Shown here piece by piece: positions 46,410 through 61,060 of a stretch of DNA of 64,000 bases. A program made the translations under genes and the position numbers. Source of the DNA: the human T2T-CHM13v2.0 reference genome, Homo sapiens; the NCBI RefSeq assembly GCF_009914755.1, contig NC_060930.1; one strand, 5' to 3'. How positions within the stretch are numbered: position 1 is the first letter of the stretch; every line of letters starts with the position of its first letter. Below the pieces are notes generated by a model. That model was given only the letters and a program-made list of their open reading frames with translations, was not told where the DNA came from and made no database searches.

Positions 46410-46983
46410 TCAAAGAGCCAACATTCAAGTTTAGGCTTGCTTTCAGTTAGAAATGATTCACTTTCCCATGGCTATCAGAACTGGGCCACTGTAGAAGTAA
46501 AAACACACTCAATTTAATGTAAGAAACTGAATCAAATGCCTTTTTGAGGCACTCCAAATGAAGATGAAAGACTTTACAGTTTAGAGAAAAGAAAATCCAA
46601 GAGAAAACAGCAACAGGAGCAAATTAGGTAGGAAGTCCTGCATCACAGAAACAAGCCCATACTTTTTCCTCTCTAGCCACTCGGTAAAGACCATTAAACC
46701 AAGCCAGCAAGTCATCCACTGACTATCCAGCAGAAGATGCTGCACCTCTGTGCTCCCTTTTGGGGGCATGTTTGCTCCACATGCCCCCAAAACAGCCAGC
46801 AGCTATATGAAGCACACTATGTGGACAACCCCAGTTCAGTTTGCCATAACTAATGGAAAGCTCTATGGTTGGTGAATGGGGCCTTGGACACCTAGAGTGG
46901 TGGTGGTAGGATGAAGGTATAGCCCCTGTACCTGTCAGAGAGAAGACCAGACAGAATCATTTGAAATCTCTTAGTAAAGATTT

Positions 46984-47107
46984 CTCCCAGCCTCTCCATT
47001 CTCCCCAAGGTATAAGGAAGATAAGTCTCTATCTTTTACTCCCTCCCAGCCTCTCCATTCTCCCCAAGTTATAAGGAAGATAAGTCTCTATCTTTTACTC
47101 CCTCCCA
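46984..47107. repeat. 59-bp tandem duplication (2 copies, 1 mismatch)
   Basis: Units at 46984-47042 and 47043-47101. Confidence 0.97.
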
Positions 47108-47583
47108 TTTCAATAGTGAATCTTTCAATGTGCTCTTATTGGCTGCTTCTTCCTCTTCAAGACTTGGCTCCATTAACTTCCTGCCCCACCACTTCATACT
47201 TTCTCTTTCACCCCAAGGGCCATTTTCCTTCCCCCAGCCCACACCAAAGTGCAGAAATACATTCAAAGGAATTGCTGACTTAATTGCAAAGCAATAATTC
47301 CCTTCTCTGAGGCCTATTTGCCAGGCTAATATTTTCCCTCTGGGAACTGAGTTAGGATGGCCTGAGATAAGGAAAGAGAAAAGGCAGAATAGTAACTTTC
47401 AAACTCAGAAGGAATTCAAAGTTTAAGACAGAAGAAAAATCTTTCCTGAACAGGACCAAGGTGCAGAGCAGAAAGGACTATGAAAATGAGCTGTTCAGGA
47501 GCATAAAACCCTTCTTCCTACCTCATCTGTGGATAATCAATTACTCAATACTTCTGGAGACCTGTAAGGCCACCTCCATCACT

Positions 47584-50175
47584 AGCTGCATCCCACAAAC
47601 TTGATGTTGTATGCTTGTTATCATTCTGTTCCAACAGATTCCAATTTCTCTTGTGATTTTTTCTTGGACCAAACGATCACTTAGATGTCTTTCATTTAAT
47701 TGCTGTATGTTCTTGGCACAGGGTTTGGTGGGGGTGTTTCTGGTTATCTCACTATTATTGACTCTTTAATTTCATTGTTGTCAAGAACAGTATAATTTCA
47801 ATATGTTTAAAGTTATTGAGACACGTTCTATTGCCAGATTATTATCTATTCTGGTATAGTACTATGTGCACTTTAAAAGGAAGTGTTTTGTTGTCTGGGG
47901 CTGTATCGACATATGAATATCAATTAAGTCAAAGAGATTGATAGTGTTGTTCAGATTGTCTATGGCTTTGATGGTCTTTTGTTTCTTGTCTAATTGTTCA
48001 CTCAGTTCTTGAGAGGGGCTATTAAAATATACAAATATGATTGTATACTTGGCTGTTTCTCCATTTAATTCTGTCAACTTTAGCCTCCTATCTTTTGAAT
48101 CTTTGTTATTGGGCCCATACACCTTCATGAATGTTATGACTTCCTGAAGAATTGAACCTTTTATCATTATGAACAATCTCTCTTAATACTATTTTGTTTT
48201 TAAATCTATTTTATCTAATGTTAATATGGCAAAGTCAGCCTTCCTATGTTTACTACATATATAGATATCTTTTTTTCATCCAACCTGTGTATTTACATTT
48301 AATATGCATCACTTTTATACAAAATACATTTTGTTTGTTTGTCTGAATACATTCTAACAATATCAACTTCGATTTGGAGTGTTTAGTCCATTAACATTTA
48401 ATGTAATGTAATGTTGATATGATTAAGTATGAATTTACCATTTTAATTTTTGTCTTCTACATGACTGTCCTCTATTCCTCTTTTCCTACCTTTTTAGGGG
48501 TGGTATTTAAATGTATTTGGAATTTTATTTCAATTTTTTGTTGATATTTTAGCTACACTTCTTTGCAATCTTTTCAACTGTTGACTGAAGGGATTGCAAT
48601 GTATATCTCTGACTCTTCACAGACAGTAGAGTTAATACTACTAGTTCACATAAAACATAGAAATCTAGCACAGTTACAGTTTCATATTCTCTCATCCTTT
48701 GTTATAATGGTTGTATCTCTATGATACCTACATACATTATAATCCCCTCAATAGGAAGTTATATTTTGTGCTTTAAATGCTTACATAGTTTTTAAAGGTA
48801 TGAGGTAAAAAGCAAAACAAAAATTTTCATTTGCTTTTATACGGATGTTAACCATTTCTGATGCTGTTCATTCTTTCCTGAGAACCTAAATTTCTACCAT
48901 TTTTCTTTATTCTAAAGAACATGACTAATCAATAGGCATAAAGTTTCAGTTAAGCAAGATGAATGAGCTCTAGAGATGTATCGAACAACAATGTATCATA
49001 TACTTTAAAAAACTGTTAAGAAATAGATCTTGTATTGTGTTCTTTATCACAATAAAATAAAATTCAAACAAAAGATATTTAAAAGTAAAGAATGTCCTTT
49101 AGCATTTCTTATAATGCTGGTCTGGTGGCAACAAATTGTCTTAGTTTATTTTATCTGAAGATGTCTTTATTTCATCTTTATTTTTGAAGGATATCTTCAG
49201 TGAAATAGACTTCTAAGTCGACAGGTTTTGTGATTTTGTTTTATTTTTATTACTTTAAAGATGTTTTATTCTTTCTGGACTTCATAGTTTCTTATAAGAA
49301 GGCAGCTATTAGATTCTGGTTTCCCTATATGTAATATGTCAGTTTGCTCTTTCAAGATTTGTTCTTTATCTTTGGCTTTCAACAGTTTGACTGTAATATG
49401 TTTCTAAACAGGCTTATTTGTGTTCATTCTGCTTGGTGTTAGTTTAACATCTTGTATTTACAGACTTTCTGTCTTTCATGTATCTTGGGGAAATTTTTGG
49501 TATTTCCTAAAATATTTTTTTGCCCCTGTTTCTCTTTTCTCTTTCTAGGTTTCCAGTTCTGCATATGCTGGACTGCTCAATGTTGTCTCACAGCTCACCA
49601 ACATTCTGCTCATTTTTTCAATTTTCTCTCCATTCTTCACCTTAGATAATTTTATTGATCTATCTTTACTTATTCTTTCCTCTGTCATTTTCATTCAGCT
49701 GTTAAATCTATCCTGCTAATATTTTTATTTTAGAAATTACATTATTTGATGCTACAATTTACATCTAATTTTCTTCCTGTATCTATTACTCTGCTCAAAT
49801 TTTCTTCATTGAAAACATGCTTTCTTTTACTTCATAGAGGATAAGTATTTCCGTGACTTTTAAATCTTTGTCTATTATTTCTAACATCTTATTGATCCTT
49901 GAGTTAGACTTAGTAGAGTTTATATTCTCTTGAGAATGAGTTCCATTTTGTTCGTTTTGTATGCTAAGTACTTTTAGGTTTCATCTTTAATGTCATGTAT
50001 GTTAATTTGTGAAGATTCTGAATTCTGCTATTATTCTCCATTAGTATTGTTTCCTTTGTTCAGGCAGGTAATATTTCCAGCTAGACTTGTACTACAACCC
50101 CTATTCCTTGGGCAACAGCTCCAGTCTCACTTCAGTCTAATTTTTATCTAAGCTGTTCCAAGTGTAGTCTGCACA
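47584..50175 (-). mobile_element. Old L1M (endonuclease/ORF1 region), probably resuming at ~55455-55850 after Tigger1
   Basis: ORF 47862-48176 FIMIKGSILQEVITFMKVYGPNN resembles the L1 endonuclease; T-rich. Confidence 0.85.
48925..49065 (+). mobile_element. L1MB-type 3' end fragment nested in the L1M
   Basis: ggcataaagtttcagttaagcaagatgaat..cacaataaaataaaa. Confidence 0.8.
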
Positions 50176-51084
50176 TACAGGCATACCTCAAGATACTGCA
50201 AGTTCGGATCCAGACCACCGTGATAAAGTGAATATCACAAGACAGTGAGTCACATGAATTTTTTGGTTCCCAGCACGTATAAAAGCTATGTTTACACTAT
50301 ACTGTAGTCTATTAAGTGTGCAATAGCATTATGTCTTAAAAAATGTACATACCTTAATTTTAAAATGCTTTATTGGTAAATATTGCTAACAATAATCTGA
50401 GCCTTCAGTGAGCTGTAATCTTTTTGCTGGTGGGGGATTTTCCCTTGATGTTGATCTCTGCTGACTTATCAGGGTGGTGGTTGCTGAAGGTTGGAGTGAC
50501 TGAGAATTTCTTAAAACAGGACAACAATGAAGTCTGTCACATACATTGACTCCTCTTTTCACACACACGAAAAATTTCTGCAGCATATAATGCTATTTGA
50601 TAGCATTTTACCCACAGTACAACTTCTTTCAGTCTTGGAATCAATCATCTCAAATCCTGATGATTCATCAGCTAAGTTTATAGAAAATTCTAAACCCTTT
50701 TTCATTTTAACAATGTGCACAGCATCTTCACCAGGAATAGACTGCATCTCAAAGCACATCCTTTGCTCACCTGTAAGAAGCAACTCCTCATCTATTAAAG
50801 TTTCATCATAAGATTGCAATTCACTCCCTTCTTTAGGCTCTACTTCTACTTCTAGTTCTAGTTATTTTGCTATTTCTGCCACATCTGCAGGTACTTCCTC
50901 CACAGAAGTCTTGGACCCCCCAAAGTCACCCCTGATGACTGACAGTTGGAATCAGCTTCTTCCAAACTCCAGTTAATGTTGATAGTTTTACCTCCTCCCT
51001 TGAATCATAATTGTTCTTAGTGGCATCTAGAATAATGAATCCTTTCTGAAAGGTTTTCAACTAACTTTTCCCAGATCAGAGTAA

Positions 51085-51416
<332 letters not shown>

Positions 51417-51747
51417 TATTTCTTTTTTAAATTGATTAAGCACATTTATTCAATCTACTGTGTATTCTCATACATTTAATTTTTATCTTAAAACATTTAC
51501 AAAGGTCAATTTACTAATATAGTATAAAATGTACATTAGTTTCAATCTACATCTTAAAAATATGATAAAATATGAAAAAGTACTGTTTCATATTTTATCA
51601 TCATATGTATAAAATATTCAATACTCATCTTGTTTTCCAGATTAGAAAAATAAGCTTCCACAAAGGAATAAGACCCTGTGTCTAAGGTAAGGTTTGTTTT
51701 ACTTCATACCTTAAAGGTTTATACATTTGAAAGTATTATTGGTGTGA

Positions 51748-51948
<201 letters not shown>

Positions 51949-52130
51949 TAATATGCATACATCAACATTAATTGGGATATAGTGAGGAAGAAAAAATTGA
52001 GGTTTAAAATTTCTCATTAGATATAAAAATATCTAGCCCTAAGTAAAATTTTAAGATATTTTTGTTTTGACAAAGACATCATATATTTTACTTGCTTGTT
52101 ACTTAGTTCAACTAGTGAGTAATGGAGATA

Positions 52131-53824
52131 AAGGAGAACTACAAACAACTGCACACAGAAATCAGAAAGGACACAAACAAATGGAAAAATATTGCATGCT
52201 CATGGATAGGAAGAATCAATATTATGAAAATGGCCATACTGCCCAAAGTAATTTATAGATTCAATGCTATTCCCATTAAAACCATTGACATTATTCACAG
52301 AATTGGAAAAAGCTATGATAAATTCATATGGAACAAAAAAGGGCCCAAATAGCCAAGACAATCCTAAGCAAAAAGAACAAAGCTGGAGGCATCAGGCTAC
52401 CTAACTTCAAACTATACTACAAGGCTATAGTAACTAAAACAGCATGGTACTGGTACAAAAACAGACACATAGCCCAATAGAACAGAAAAGAGAACTCAAA
52501 TAAAATCACACACCACACACACATCTGATCTTTGACAAACCTGGCAAAAACAAGCAATAAGAAAGGATTCCCTATTTAATAAATGGTGCTGGGAGAACTG
52601 GCTAGCCATATGCAAAAAATTGAAATTGGATCCCTTCCTTATACCTTATACAAAAATTAACTCAAGATGGATTAAAGACTTAAATATGAAACCCAAAACA
52701 ATAAAAACCCTAGAAGAAAATCTTGTCAATACCATTCAGGGCATAGGCACAGGCAAAGATTTAATGACAAAAACACCAAAAGTAATTGCAACAAAAGAAA
52801 AAATTGATAAATGGGATTTAGTTAAACTAAAGAGTTTCTGCACAACAAAAGAAACTATCATCAGAGTAAACAGACAACCTACAGGATGGGAGAAAAATTT
52901 TGCAATCTATCCATCTGACAATGGCCTAACATCCAGAGTCTTCAAGGAACTTAAATTTACAAGAAAAATAACCCCATTAAAAAGTGTGCAAAGTATATAA
53001 ACAGTACACTTCTCAAAAGAAGACATACATGCAGCCAACAAACATATGAAAAAAAAACTCAACATCACTGATCATTAAAGAAATGCAAATCAAAAACACA
53101 GTAAGATACCATCTCACACCAGTCAGAATGGCAATTATTAAAAAATCAAGAAACAACAGATGCTGTTGAGGTTGCAAAGAAAAAGTAATGCTTTTACACC
53201 ATTGGTGGGAATGTAAATTAGTTCAACCATTGTGGAAAACAGCGTGGCAGTTCCCCAAATATCTAGAAGCAGAAATACCATTTAACCCAGCAATCCCATT
53301 ACTGGGTATATACCACAAGGAATATAAACCATTCTATTATAAAAGATACATGCACACATATGTTCATTGTAGCACTATTCACAATAGCAAATACAAGGAA
53401 TCAACCCAAATGCCCGTCAATGATAGATTAAATAAAGAAAATGTGGTACACCATGGAATACTATGCAGCCATAAAAAGGAACAAGATCATGTCCTTCGCA
53501 GGGACATGGATGGAGCTGGAAGCCGTTATCCTCAGTAAACTAACACAGGAACAGAAAATCAAACACTGCATGTTTTCACTTATAAGTGGGAGCTGAATGA
53601 TGAGAACACATGGGCACATCAGGGGGATCAACACACTCTGGGACCTGTTATGGGGTGAAGGTAGGGAGAGCATCAGAAGAATAGCTAATGGATGCTGGGC
53701 TTAATACCTAGGTGATGGGTTGATCTATGCAGCAAACCACCCATGGCACACGTTTACCTATATAACAAACCTGCACATCCTGCACATGTACCCTGACACT
53801 GAAAAGTTGATTTAAAAAAAAAAA
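52131..53824 (+). mobile_element. L1PA8A-like, 5'-truncated
   Basis: ORF2 peptides ([17 protein letters not shown]; [16 protein letters not shown]); 3' UTR gaatagctaatggatgctgggcttaatacctagg; A tail. Confidence 0.93.
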
Positions 53825-55919
53825 GACAGCTAAAATGTATTTAAGATACATTCAAAATATTTCTATTTTAAAAATTAGCTTAACCTTTGACATTTAAAAT
53901 ATCCCAGAAAATTAAATCTGGAAAGATTAGTTTTCCAATGTGCCAAATGACTAAGGTTTTACTGATTTTAGGATGTCTAATTCATAAATTTATCTACATT
54001 ACTTAAAATGTATTTCTTAAATAACAAAACTTGAAAGTTAAAATCACTCCTTAATTCATGGGCTTCAGAATGGGTGTTGTGTGAAAACATGCATGAAAAC
54101 AATCTTCTACTATATCTCCATCAGAGCGCTTGGGTACCTAGGAGCCTTGTCAATGAGCAGTAATATTTTCAGAGGAATTTTTTTTTCTGTGCTATTAGTC
54201 TCAACAGTGGCCTTAAAAAATTCAGTAATCTAGGCTATAAACAGATGTGCTATCATCCAGCCTTTGTTGCTCCACGTATAGAGCACAGGCAGAGTAGATT
54301 TAGCATAGTTCTGAAGGGCCCTAGGATTGATTGTTAAAATGGTAACGGAGCACTGGCTCCTACTTAAAGTCACCAGCTACATTAGCCTCTGTCAACCTGT
54401 CCTTTGAAGCCAGACATTGACTTCTCCTCTCTAGCTATGAAAGTCCTAGATGGCATCTTCTTCTAATAAAAGTCTGCTTTGTCTACATTGAAAATCTGTT
54501 GTTTAGCATAGCCACATTCATCAACGATCTTAGCTATATCTTCTGGATAAATTGCTGCAGCTTCTATATCAGCGCTGTTGCTTCACCTTGCACTTTTATA
54601 TTATGAAGAAGACTTCTTTCCTTAAACCTCATGAATCAACCTCTGCTAACTTCAGTCTTTTCTTCTGCAGCTTCCTCACCTCCCTCAGCCTTCACAGAAT
54701 TAAAGAGAGTTAGGGCCTTTCTCTGGATTAGATTTGGGCTTAAGGGAATGGTTTGATCTTTTATCCAGACTATTAAAACATCCTCCATATCAGCAGTAAA
54801 ACTGTTTCACTTTCTTGTCATTCATGTGTTCACTGAAATAGCACTTTCCATTTCCTTCAAGAGCATTTCCTTTGCATTCACAATGTAACTGTTTGGCACA
54901 GGTGGCCTAGCTTTTTGGCCTATCTTGGCTTTCAATATGCCTTCCTCACTAAGCTTAGTCATTTGTAGCTGTTGATTTAAAGTAGGAGATGTATGACTCG
55001 TCCTTTAACTTGAACATTTAAAGTCCATTATATGGTTATTATTTGGCTTAATTTCAGTATTGTTGTCTCTCAGTGAAGAGGGAGGCCAGAGGAGATGAAC
55101 AGACATGGGGGGATGGCCAGTCAGTGGAGCAGTCAGAAAACACACAATGTTTACCATCTAATTTGGGTGTAGTTTGTTGAACCTCAAAACTATTACAATA
55201 GTGACATCAAAGATCACTGATCACAGATCACCATAACAGATAAAATTTTAAAAATGTGAAACATCGCTAGAGTTACCTAAATGTGACACACAGACAGGAA
55301 GTGAGCATATTCTGTTTAAAAAAAAAAAAGAATGGTGCTAATAAACTTGCTCGCACAGGGTTGCCACAAACCTTCAATTGTAAAAATTAAAAAAAAAAAA
55401 TGCAATGTCTGTGAAGCCTAATAAAGTACAGCAAGATAAAATGAAGTATGCCTGTGTAACATTCGGGGGAAAGTCAGAGGCGTAAGGAGACCGATACTTT
55501 CTCTAGCTCTTTACCTTCTGGAGTTCTCCACACTCTTCGGCATTCATGGATTACCAGCTTCACTTTTGTTGTTCCCAGGGCCAGAAAAACAAGAGATTTT
55601 CTACATGTGTTCCTGCTGCCACTGCCCATGGTACTCTGTCAATATAAGTGTATCCTGTGTCACTCAGTGGACACTTAGTGCTAGGCTGAAGGACATGAAG
55701 AGGGAACTTAGTGGCAGAGTTGATCATCTCCCCTCCTCCAAAAATAACATGCTCTCCTCACTAAAGTAGTATACTTCGGTTCACTGTGAGTAACCTTCCA
55801 GAGTTGCTTTTTGCATTATTTTTAGCTTTCATAGTTGTTTCTTACAGGAAGCTTATCTGGTAGGATCTTACCCTGACATACATGGAAGCAGAAAAATTTG
55901 TAAAAATTTGTAAATGTAA

Positions 55920-56480
55920 CTCCCCTTTTTCCCTCACATCTCACATTTAATTCTTCCACAAATCTTGGCGATGATATTTTACAAATATATCCGTCATCTG
56001 AACTGACCACCATGACTGCCACACTCTTTGAAACCACTGACCTCTCTCCCTTGGTTTTCTGTCAGAGTCTCCTTATTGGTTTTCCTCCTGGTTTTGTTCT
56101 CCTACAGTGTAGAGACACTGTAGCCACAGCAATCTTTCTAAAACACAAGCCAAATTACGTTACTCCAGTATTTGAAATCCTCCAATGACTTCTCATTTTA
56201 CTTAGAGTAAGAATCCAGATTTATTTCAATCAGCTACAAAGGTGTAAATGATCTGGGCCTCCACAACTTGTTAATTCCCTAATGTCCTCCACTTTTCCTC
56301 GCCCTTCTCTGCAGGCTCCCTGTGGTTTCTCAAACACACCACGCTGTGTTTGCTATCCCTCTTTAGAATACTTTTCCCCAGAAACGTTCATGGCTCATTC
56401 TTTCATTTCCCTCGGGTCTCTGATCAGACATTATTTTACCATGAAGCCTTCCCTGCCTACCTGTATACAACAGCAATATG
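55920..56480 (+). mobile_element. L2 remnant
   Basis: gccacagcaatctttctaaaacacaag..atcctccaatgacttctcatt..cttagagtaa. Confidence 0.7.
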
Positions 56481-56504
56481 TTAGTCACTTTATATTTAAT
56501 ATTA

Positions 56505-56630
56505 GTGTTCATAATAAACCAAGTACTGCCCTATTCTGCCAATGAGAAAATTGACAGAGAGTGAAAGCAGTTACCTAAGCTCACATTGGCAGAGCCAGAA
56601 TACATATTTGGGAACCTATAACTCTTCATC
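56505..56630 (-). mobile_element. MIR remnant
   Basis: aatgagaaaattga..gttacctaagctcaca..ggcagagccagaat core. Confidence 0.55.
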
Positions 56631-56756
56631 CTTGAGAACTACGGCAGAAAGCCACACTTGCAAAATTCTAGAAATGGTCAAGATGAATGAAACATATATT
56701 TTTATCATAAATTAATTAAGACCTGGCAATAACCTGACATGGTTAGAACAGCCTAA

Positions 56757-57069
<313 letters not shown>

Positions 57070-57404
57070 CTCTGATTTCTTTTCAATGCTTAATTCTGTC
57101 TGTGTGGATATCAGCAAATTATCAACACTACTCAAACTCTAGTCTCAAAGATTTTGATTGGCCCAAGCTGAATCTGGAAAGATTCTCCATCTCTCAGTAC
57201 ATCTGTGATCAGTTCTTTCACTGAGTGCAGACTCTTGGTATTTTCCCCTCTGCATCTCTACCTGCTGTTCTCAAGCTTGGGGAGTTAGACTCACTAGCAG
57301 CTCATGCGGCCTTGATAAGGTCAACAAGGCCATCCTTCCCAAAAGGCCCACAATAACTTATCTGCTCTTTCTAATGGCCAAAATAGTCATGTGAAAGAAC
57401 TAAA

Positions 57405-57571
57405 TTCACCATGTTAGCCAGGATGGTTTACTAAAAATATTTAAAAACAAAAAAATTAGCCGGGCATGGTGGTGGGTGCCTGTAGTCCCAGCTACTTGGG
57501 AGGCTGAGGCAGGAGAATGGTGTGAACCCGGGAGGCAGAGCTTGCAGTGAGCGGGAGATTGAGCCATTGCA
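57405..57571 (+). mobile_element. Internal AluY fragment with an inverted 23-nt 5' piece and no tail
   Basis: ttcaccatgttagccaggatggt (antisense) joined to tactaaaaata..gagccattgca (sense). Confidence 0.9.
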
Positions 57572-58153
57572 AAAACACTGGATTCACAGAACTAAGAAGA
57601 GCCATCAGAGAAAGCCCCTCCACTGGGGATAGAGGAAAAGTCAGGAAGTTAATGATAAAGGAAACTGGCCTCAGGCAATCATCTAAAACTCAAGCAGGAA
57701 AGCAGGCAGTATTAGGGTAGCCTGACAGTAGGTGGCAGTGGAGTCAATCACTGAAATGAAGATACAAGGGAAGTATTATGGTTTTAAGAAGAACTAGTAA
57801 GACTGAGATACACGCTGGCCTCTGGAGGTCAGAAATGATGGCAGGGTTTCATGGTAAGGTTTCAAGCACACAGCAATAAAAACAGACTCACAGGTACTTA
57901 AACTGCAGTAAAAGGAGGAGACTTCATCACATAAACCAAGGCAGGTAAGAGCCCTTTTACCGTAATCATGGTTGAAGATCTATAACATGAATAGCAAGGT
58001 TGACTTCTTACTTAGTTATAGATCCTTAAATTCTTCCTAAGAATAAAACCAATCCCAGTGCCTTGGGAATTCTATTAATAAATGGGAAGATTCAAGCAAA
58101 GCAAAGCCCTAATCTTTGAAATGCTATTTCAAAGGCTTTGAATTCCTTTAAAC

Positions 58154-58500
58154 CAGGGGTGAGCAAACATGAAGTACCAGTTAGTAAATATTTTAGGGTT
58201 TGTGGGTCATACCATCCCTGTGGCAACTACTCAGCCCTGCCACTGTGCTATGAAAGCACTTGCAGACAATACATAAGCAAAAGGGCATGTCTATGTGCCA
58301 ATACAATTATTGGAACTGAAATTTATTTATGGATGCTGAAATTTGAATTTCATAAAATTATCCCATGTCATAACATTTTCTCCTTGTGAATTTTTTTCTC
58401 CAATCATTTAAAAAGGTAAACATTATTCTTAGCTCATAGGCCATACAAAAACAGGTAGCAGTCCAAACTGGGTGCACAGCCCATAGGTTGCCAACTTCTG
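58154..58500. mobile_element. MER58 (MER58B-like) hAT-Charlie
   Basis: caggggtgagcaaac / gttgccaacttctg termini; 8-bp TSD ctttaaac/ctttagac. Confidence 0.92.
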
Positions 58501-58921
58501 CTTTAGACAACAGAGTAACTTATAGTTTCCAGTGCAAAGGATCTCTCTAGCTCCCTCATTCATTTGCAGACCAGAGAGCAATGACAACTCCTCCACGGAA
58601 CGAGTGGCCAAGCCCTTGATACATAAGGCCCTCCCCAATGTACATATATTTTTGCCTCATATTTTTTATCAACAGGAGATGCAGTGTAAGAGTAATGTCC
58701 ACATCACTTTTGCATGATTCTTTGACCTTTATTTCAAAATGTCGTACAGTAACTTACAAAATGCCAGTATCGATATTTACACAAACATACAAGTGCACAA
58801 TCAACAATTGCCTTCTTCCCAGGTTACCAGCTCTTTCCAACTCTCAGGTTTTTCTATGATTTATTAAGTTATTCTTCCCCTCTCATTTCCCCTGGGATAA
58901 TCTCAATAATGCTATTACAAG

Positions 58922-59790
58922 CAACTAGAGCTTGTTATGTTCAATAAAATAAGCCAAGCACAGAAAGACAAATGTTGCATGTTCTCACTCACATGTGGGA
59001 GCTAAAAATGTGGTTCTCATAAAGACAGTAGACTGGTGATTATTAGAGGCTGGGAAGGGTGGGTGGGGGGATAAAGAGAGGTTGATTAATGAGTATAAAT
59101 ATAGTTTTATAGAAGAAATAAGACAGTGTTGATAAATCAGTAAGGTGACTATAGTTTACAATAATCTATTGCATATTTCAAAATAGTTGGAAGAGAGTAA
59201 TTGGGATATTCCTAGCATAAAGAAAAGACAAATATTTAAGGTGACAGACATCCCAACTACACTGATATTTATCTTTACAAATTATATGAATGTAGTTAAT
59301 AATCTTATGTACCCCCAAAATATGTACATCTATTATGTATCCAAAAAAACTGAAGTAAAAAAAAATTAAAAAAAGAAAGAAGCTAGGAACTGAAAGTTAA
59401 ACACTGCTTCTTCTCACTCATGCAAAAGCTAAAAAATGTTGATCTCATAAAAGTAAAAAGTAGAACACAAGATACTACAGGCTGGGAAGGAGTGATAGAG
59501 AATTTTCAAACCATACAAAATTACAACTAGATAGGAGAGATAAGTTCTAGTGTTCTGTAGCACTATAGAATAACTATAGTTAACAGTAATATATTATACA
59601 GTTTCAAATATATAGAAGGATATCGGATGTTCCCAACACAAAGAATGATAAATGTTTGAGATGACGGATATGGTAATTAACCTAATATTATTACTATACA
59701 TTGTATGTATTGAAACATCACAATGTTCCCCATAGATATGCACAATTATTACATGTAATTTAAAAATAAAATACTTTTAAAGTTAAAAAA
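58922..59790 (+). mobile_element. Two adjacent L1MA 3' ends (58922-59380 and 59400-59790)
   Basis: Each has ttctcactca..agctaaaaa, ggctgggaagg, gactatagtt and an A-rich tail. Confidence 0.88.
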
Positions 59791-60799
59791 GAATGTTATC
59801 ACAGTATGAATCTATATTATCACAGCAGCAGTCATATTTTCCTGGAAATAAAAGAGAATTTTATTTTACACATGTTCACCTGTTGTTGGTACTTTCGTAA
59901 AAAGAGCCCAGCATTCAAAAGAAATTGCCATGGTCTGAAATCAGTTGATGAGCTGATTAAATCTAGTGATCGTGCAAATGGAAAAAAATACTCTTAACAA
60001 CTGAACCTTTTAAATTTACCCTGTGATTTTTCATAAATGAAAAAGTTTACTTTTTTTCATCGTGTTTTTACATTTTAAAAACTCCTCCTGACTATCAAAG
60101 TAACACATGCTTATTGGTATTTATACTTTTAAGCCTCTCCCCCTTCATCCTCAAATCTTTTTGGATACTTCCAAGATACTGCTTTAAAGAAACTTTGGGA
60201 TGCTGTCTTATGTAGTTATTCTTTGCTACTGTCACACCTCTCACTATAATAAAGTATGAAAAGGTTAAAGCACACATATTATCAGTCCTACCTAGAAATA
60301 TTCTTTTCCCAACATAAGATAATTGAAATCTCAATTTGGAAAGTGAGAGGTAGAAGGGAAAAAATGCAACTCTCTTTAAATGTAATATAAAAAGAAATAG
60401 GGATGGAATCAAGAAATGCCCCAAGATCAAAGAATTTCCTTGTTTGAAAATTTTGTACAGTTCATGCTTAATTATTCATGCTAATGGAGGGCAGGAGACA
60501 TACAAAAATGAATAAACTAAAACAATTTATAATTCTACTGAAGGTCCAATAGGAGCTTCCAAGTATGAGGGTTGATGTCTTCTCTAATTAATTTAACTGA
60601 AGACAAATAATTGATTTAATGATCTCACCACAATAAAATGGGTGGCTATGCACTTATTCAATTTGTAGACAATTGGCAGAAGTCTTCTCCAAAACTATTT
60701 ATAAAGTTACCCCTTGACTGCATTCTAGGCTCAACAGTAGCTAAAGCTAAATTGGAAATTAAGTGAACAGACACATCTTTAGGTATAGATCAAACAATG

Positions 60800-61060
60800 A
60801 AAATAATAATAATAATAGCTGTCATTCACTGAGCGCTAACCATGTGCTATGTGATTTAAATGCAATCCTCATTTAATCCAATCAAAAATTCTATCAAGAA
60901 GCAATATTTTAGTTTCTATTTTACACATGGTAACATGTTCAAATTAAAATGTAACTTAAGGATTCTGAAGTCCTACTCTCTCCTTTTATTCAGTAGGAGA
61001 AACTGGATTCCAGAAGCCTGTCACTTGCCATGGGTCACATCTTATTAACAAAACTGTGGT
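60800..61060 (-). mobile_element. MIR remnant
   Basis: aataataatagct..cactgagcgctaaccatgtgc..ctcatttaatcc. Confidence 0.6.

Noticed and set aside
50386-50819. Tigger1 transposase ORFs as a domesticated TIGD1-like gene
   Set aside because: Frameshifted, diverged and split by ~2.9 kb of insertions
52131-52180. L1PA8A truncates within ~40 nt of the same L1 position as the L1PA5 at 21241
   Set aside because: Different subfamilies and 3' UTRs, so not a duplication; treated as coincidence
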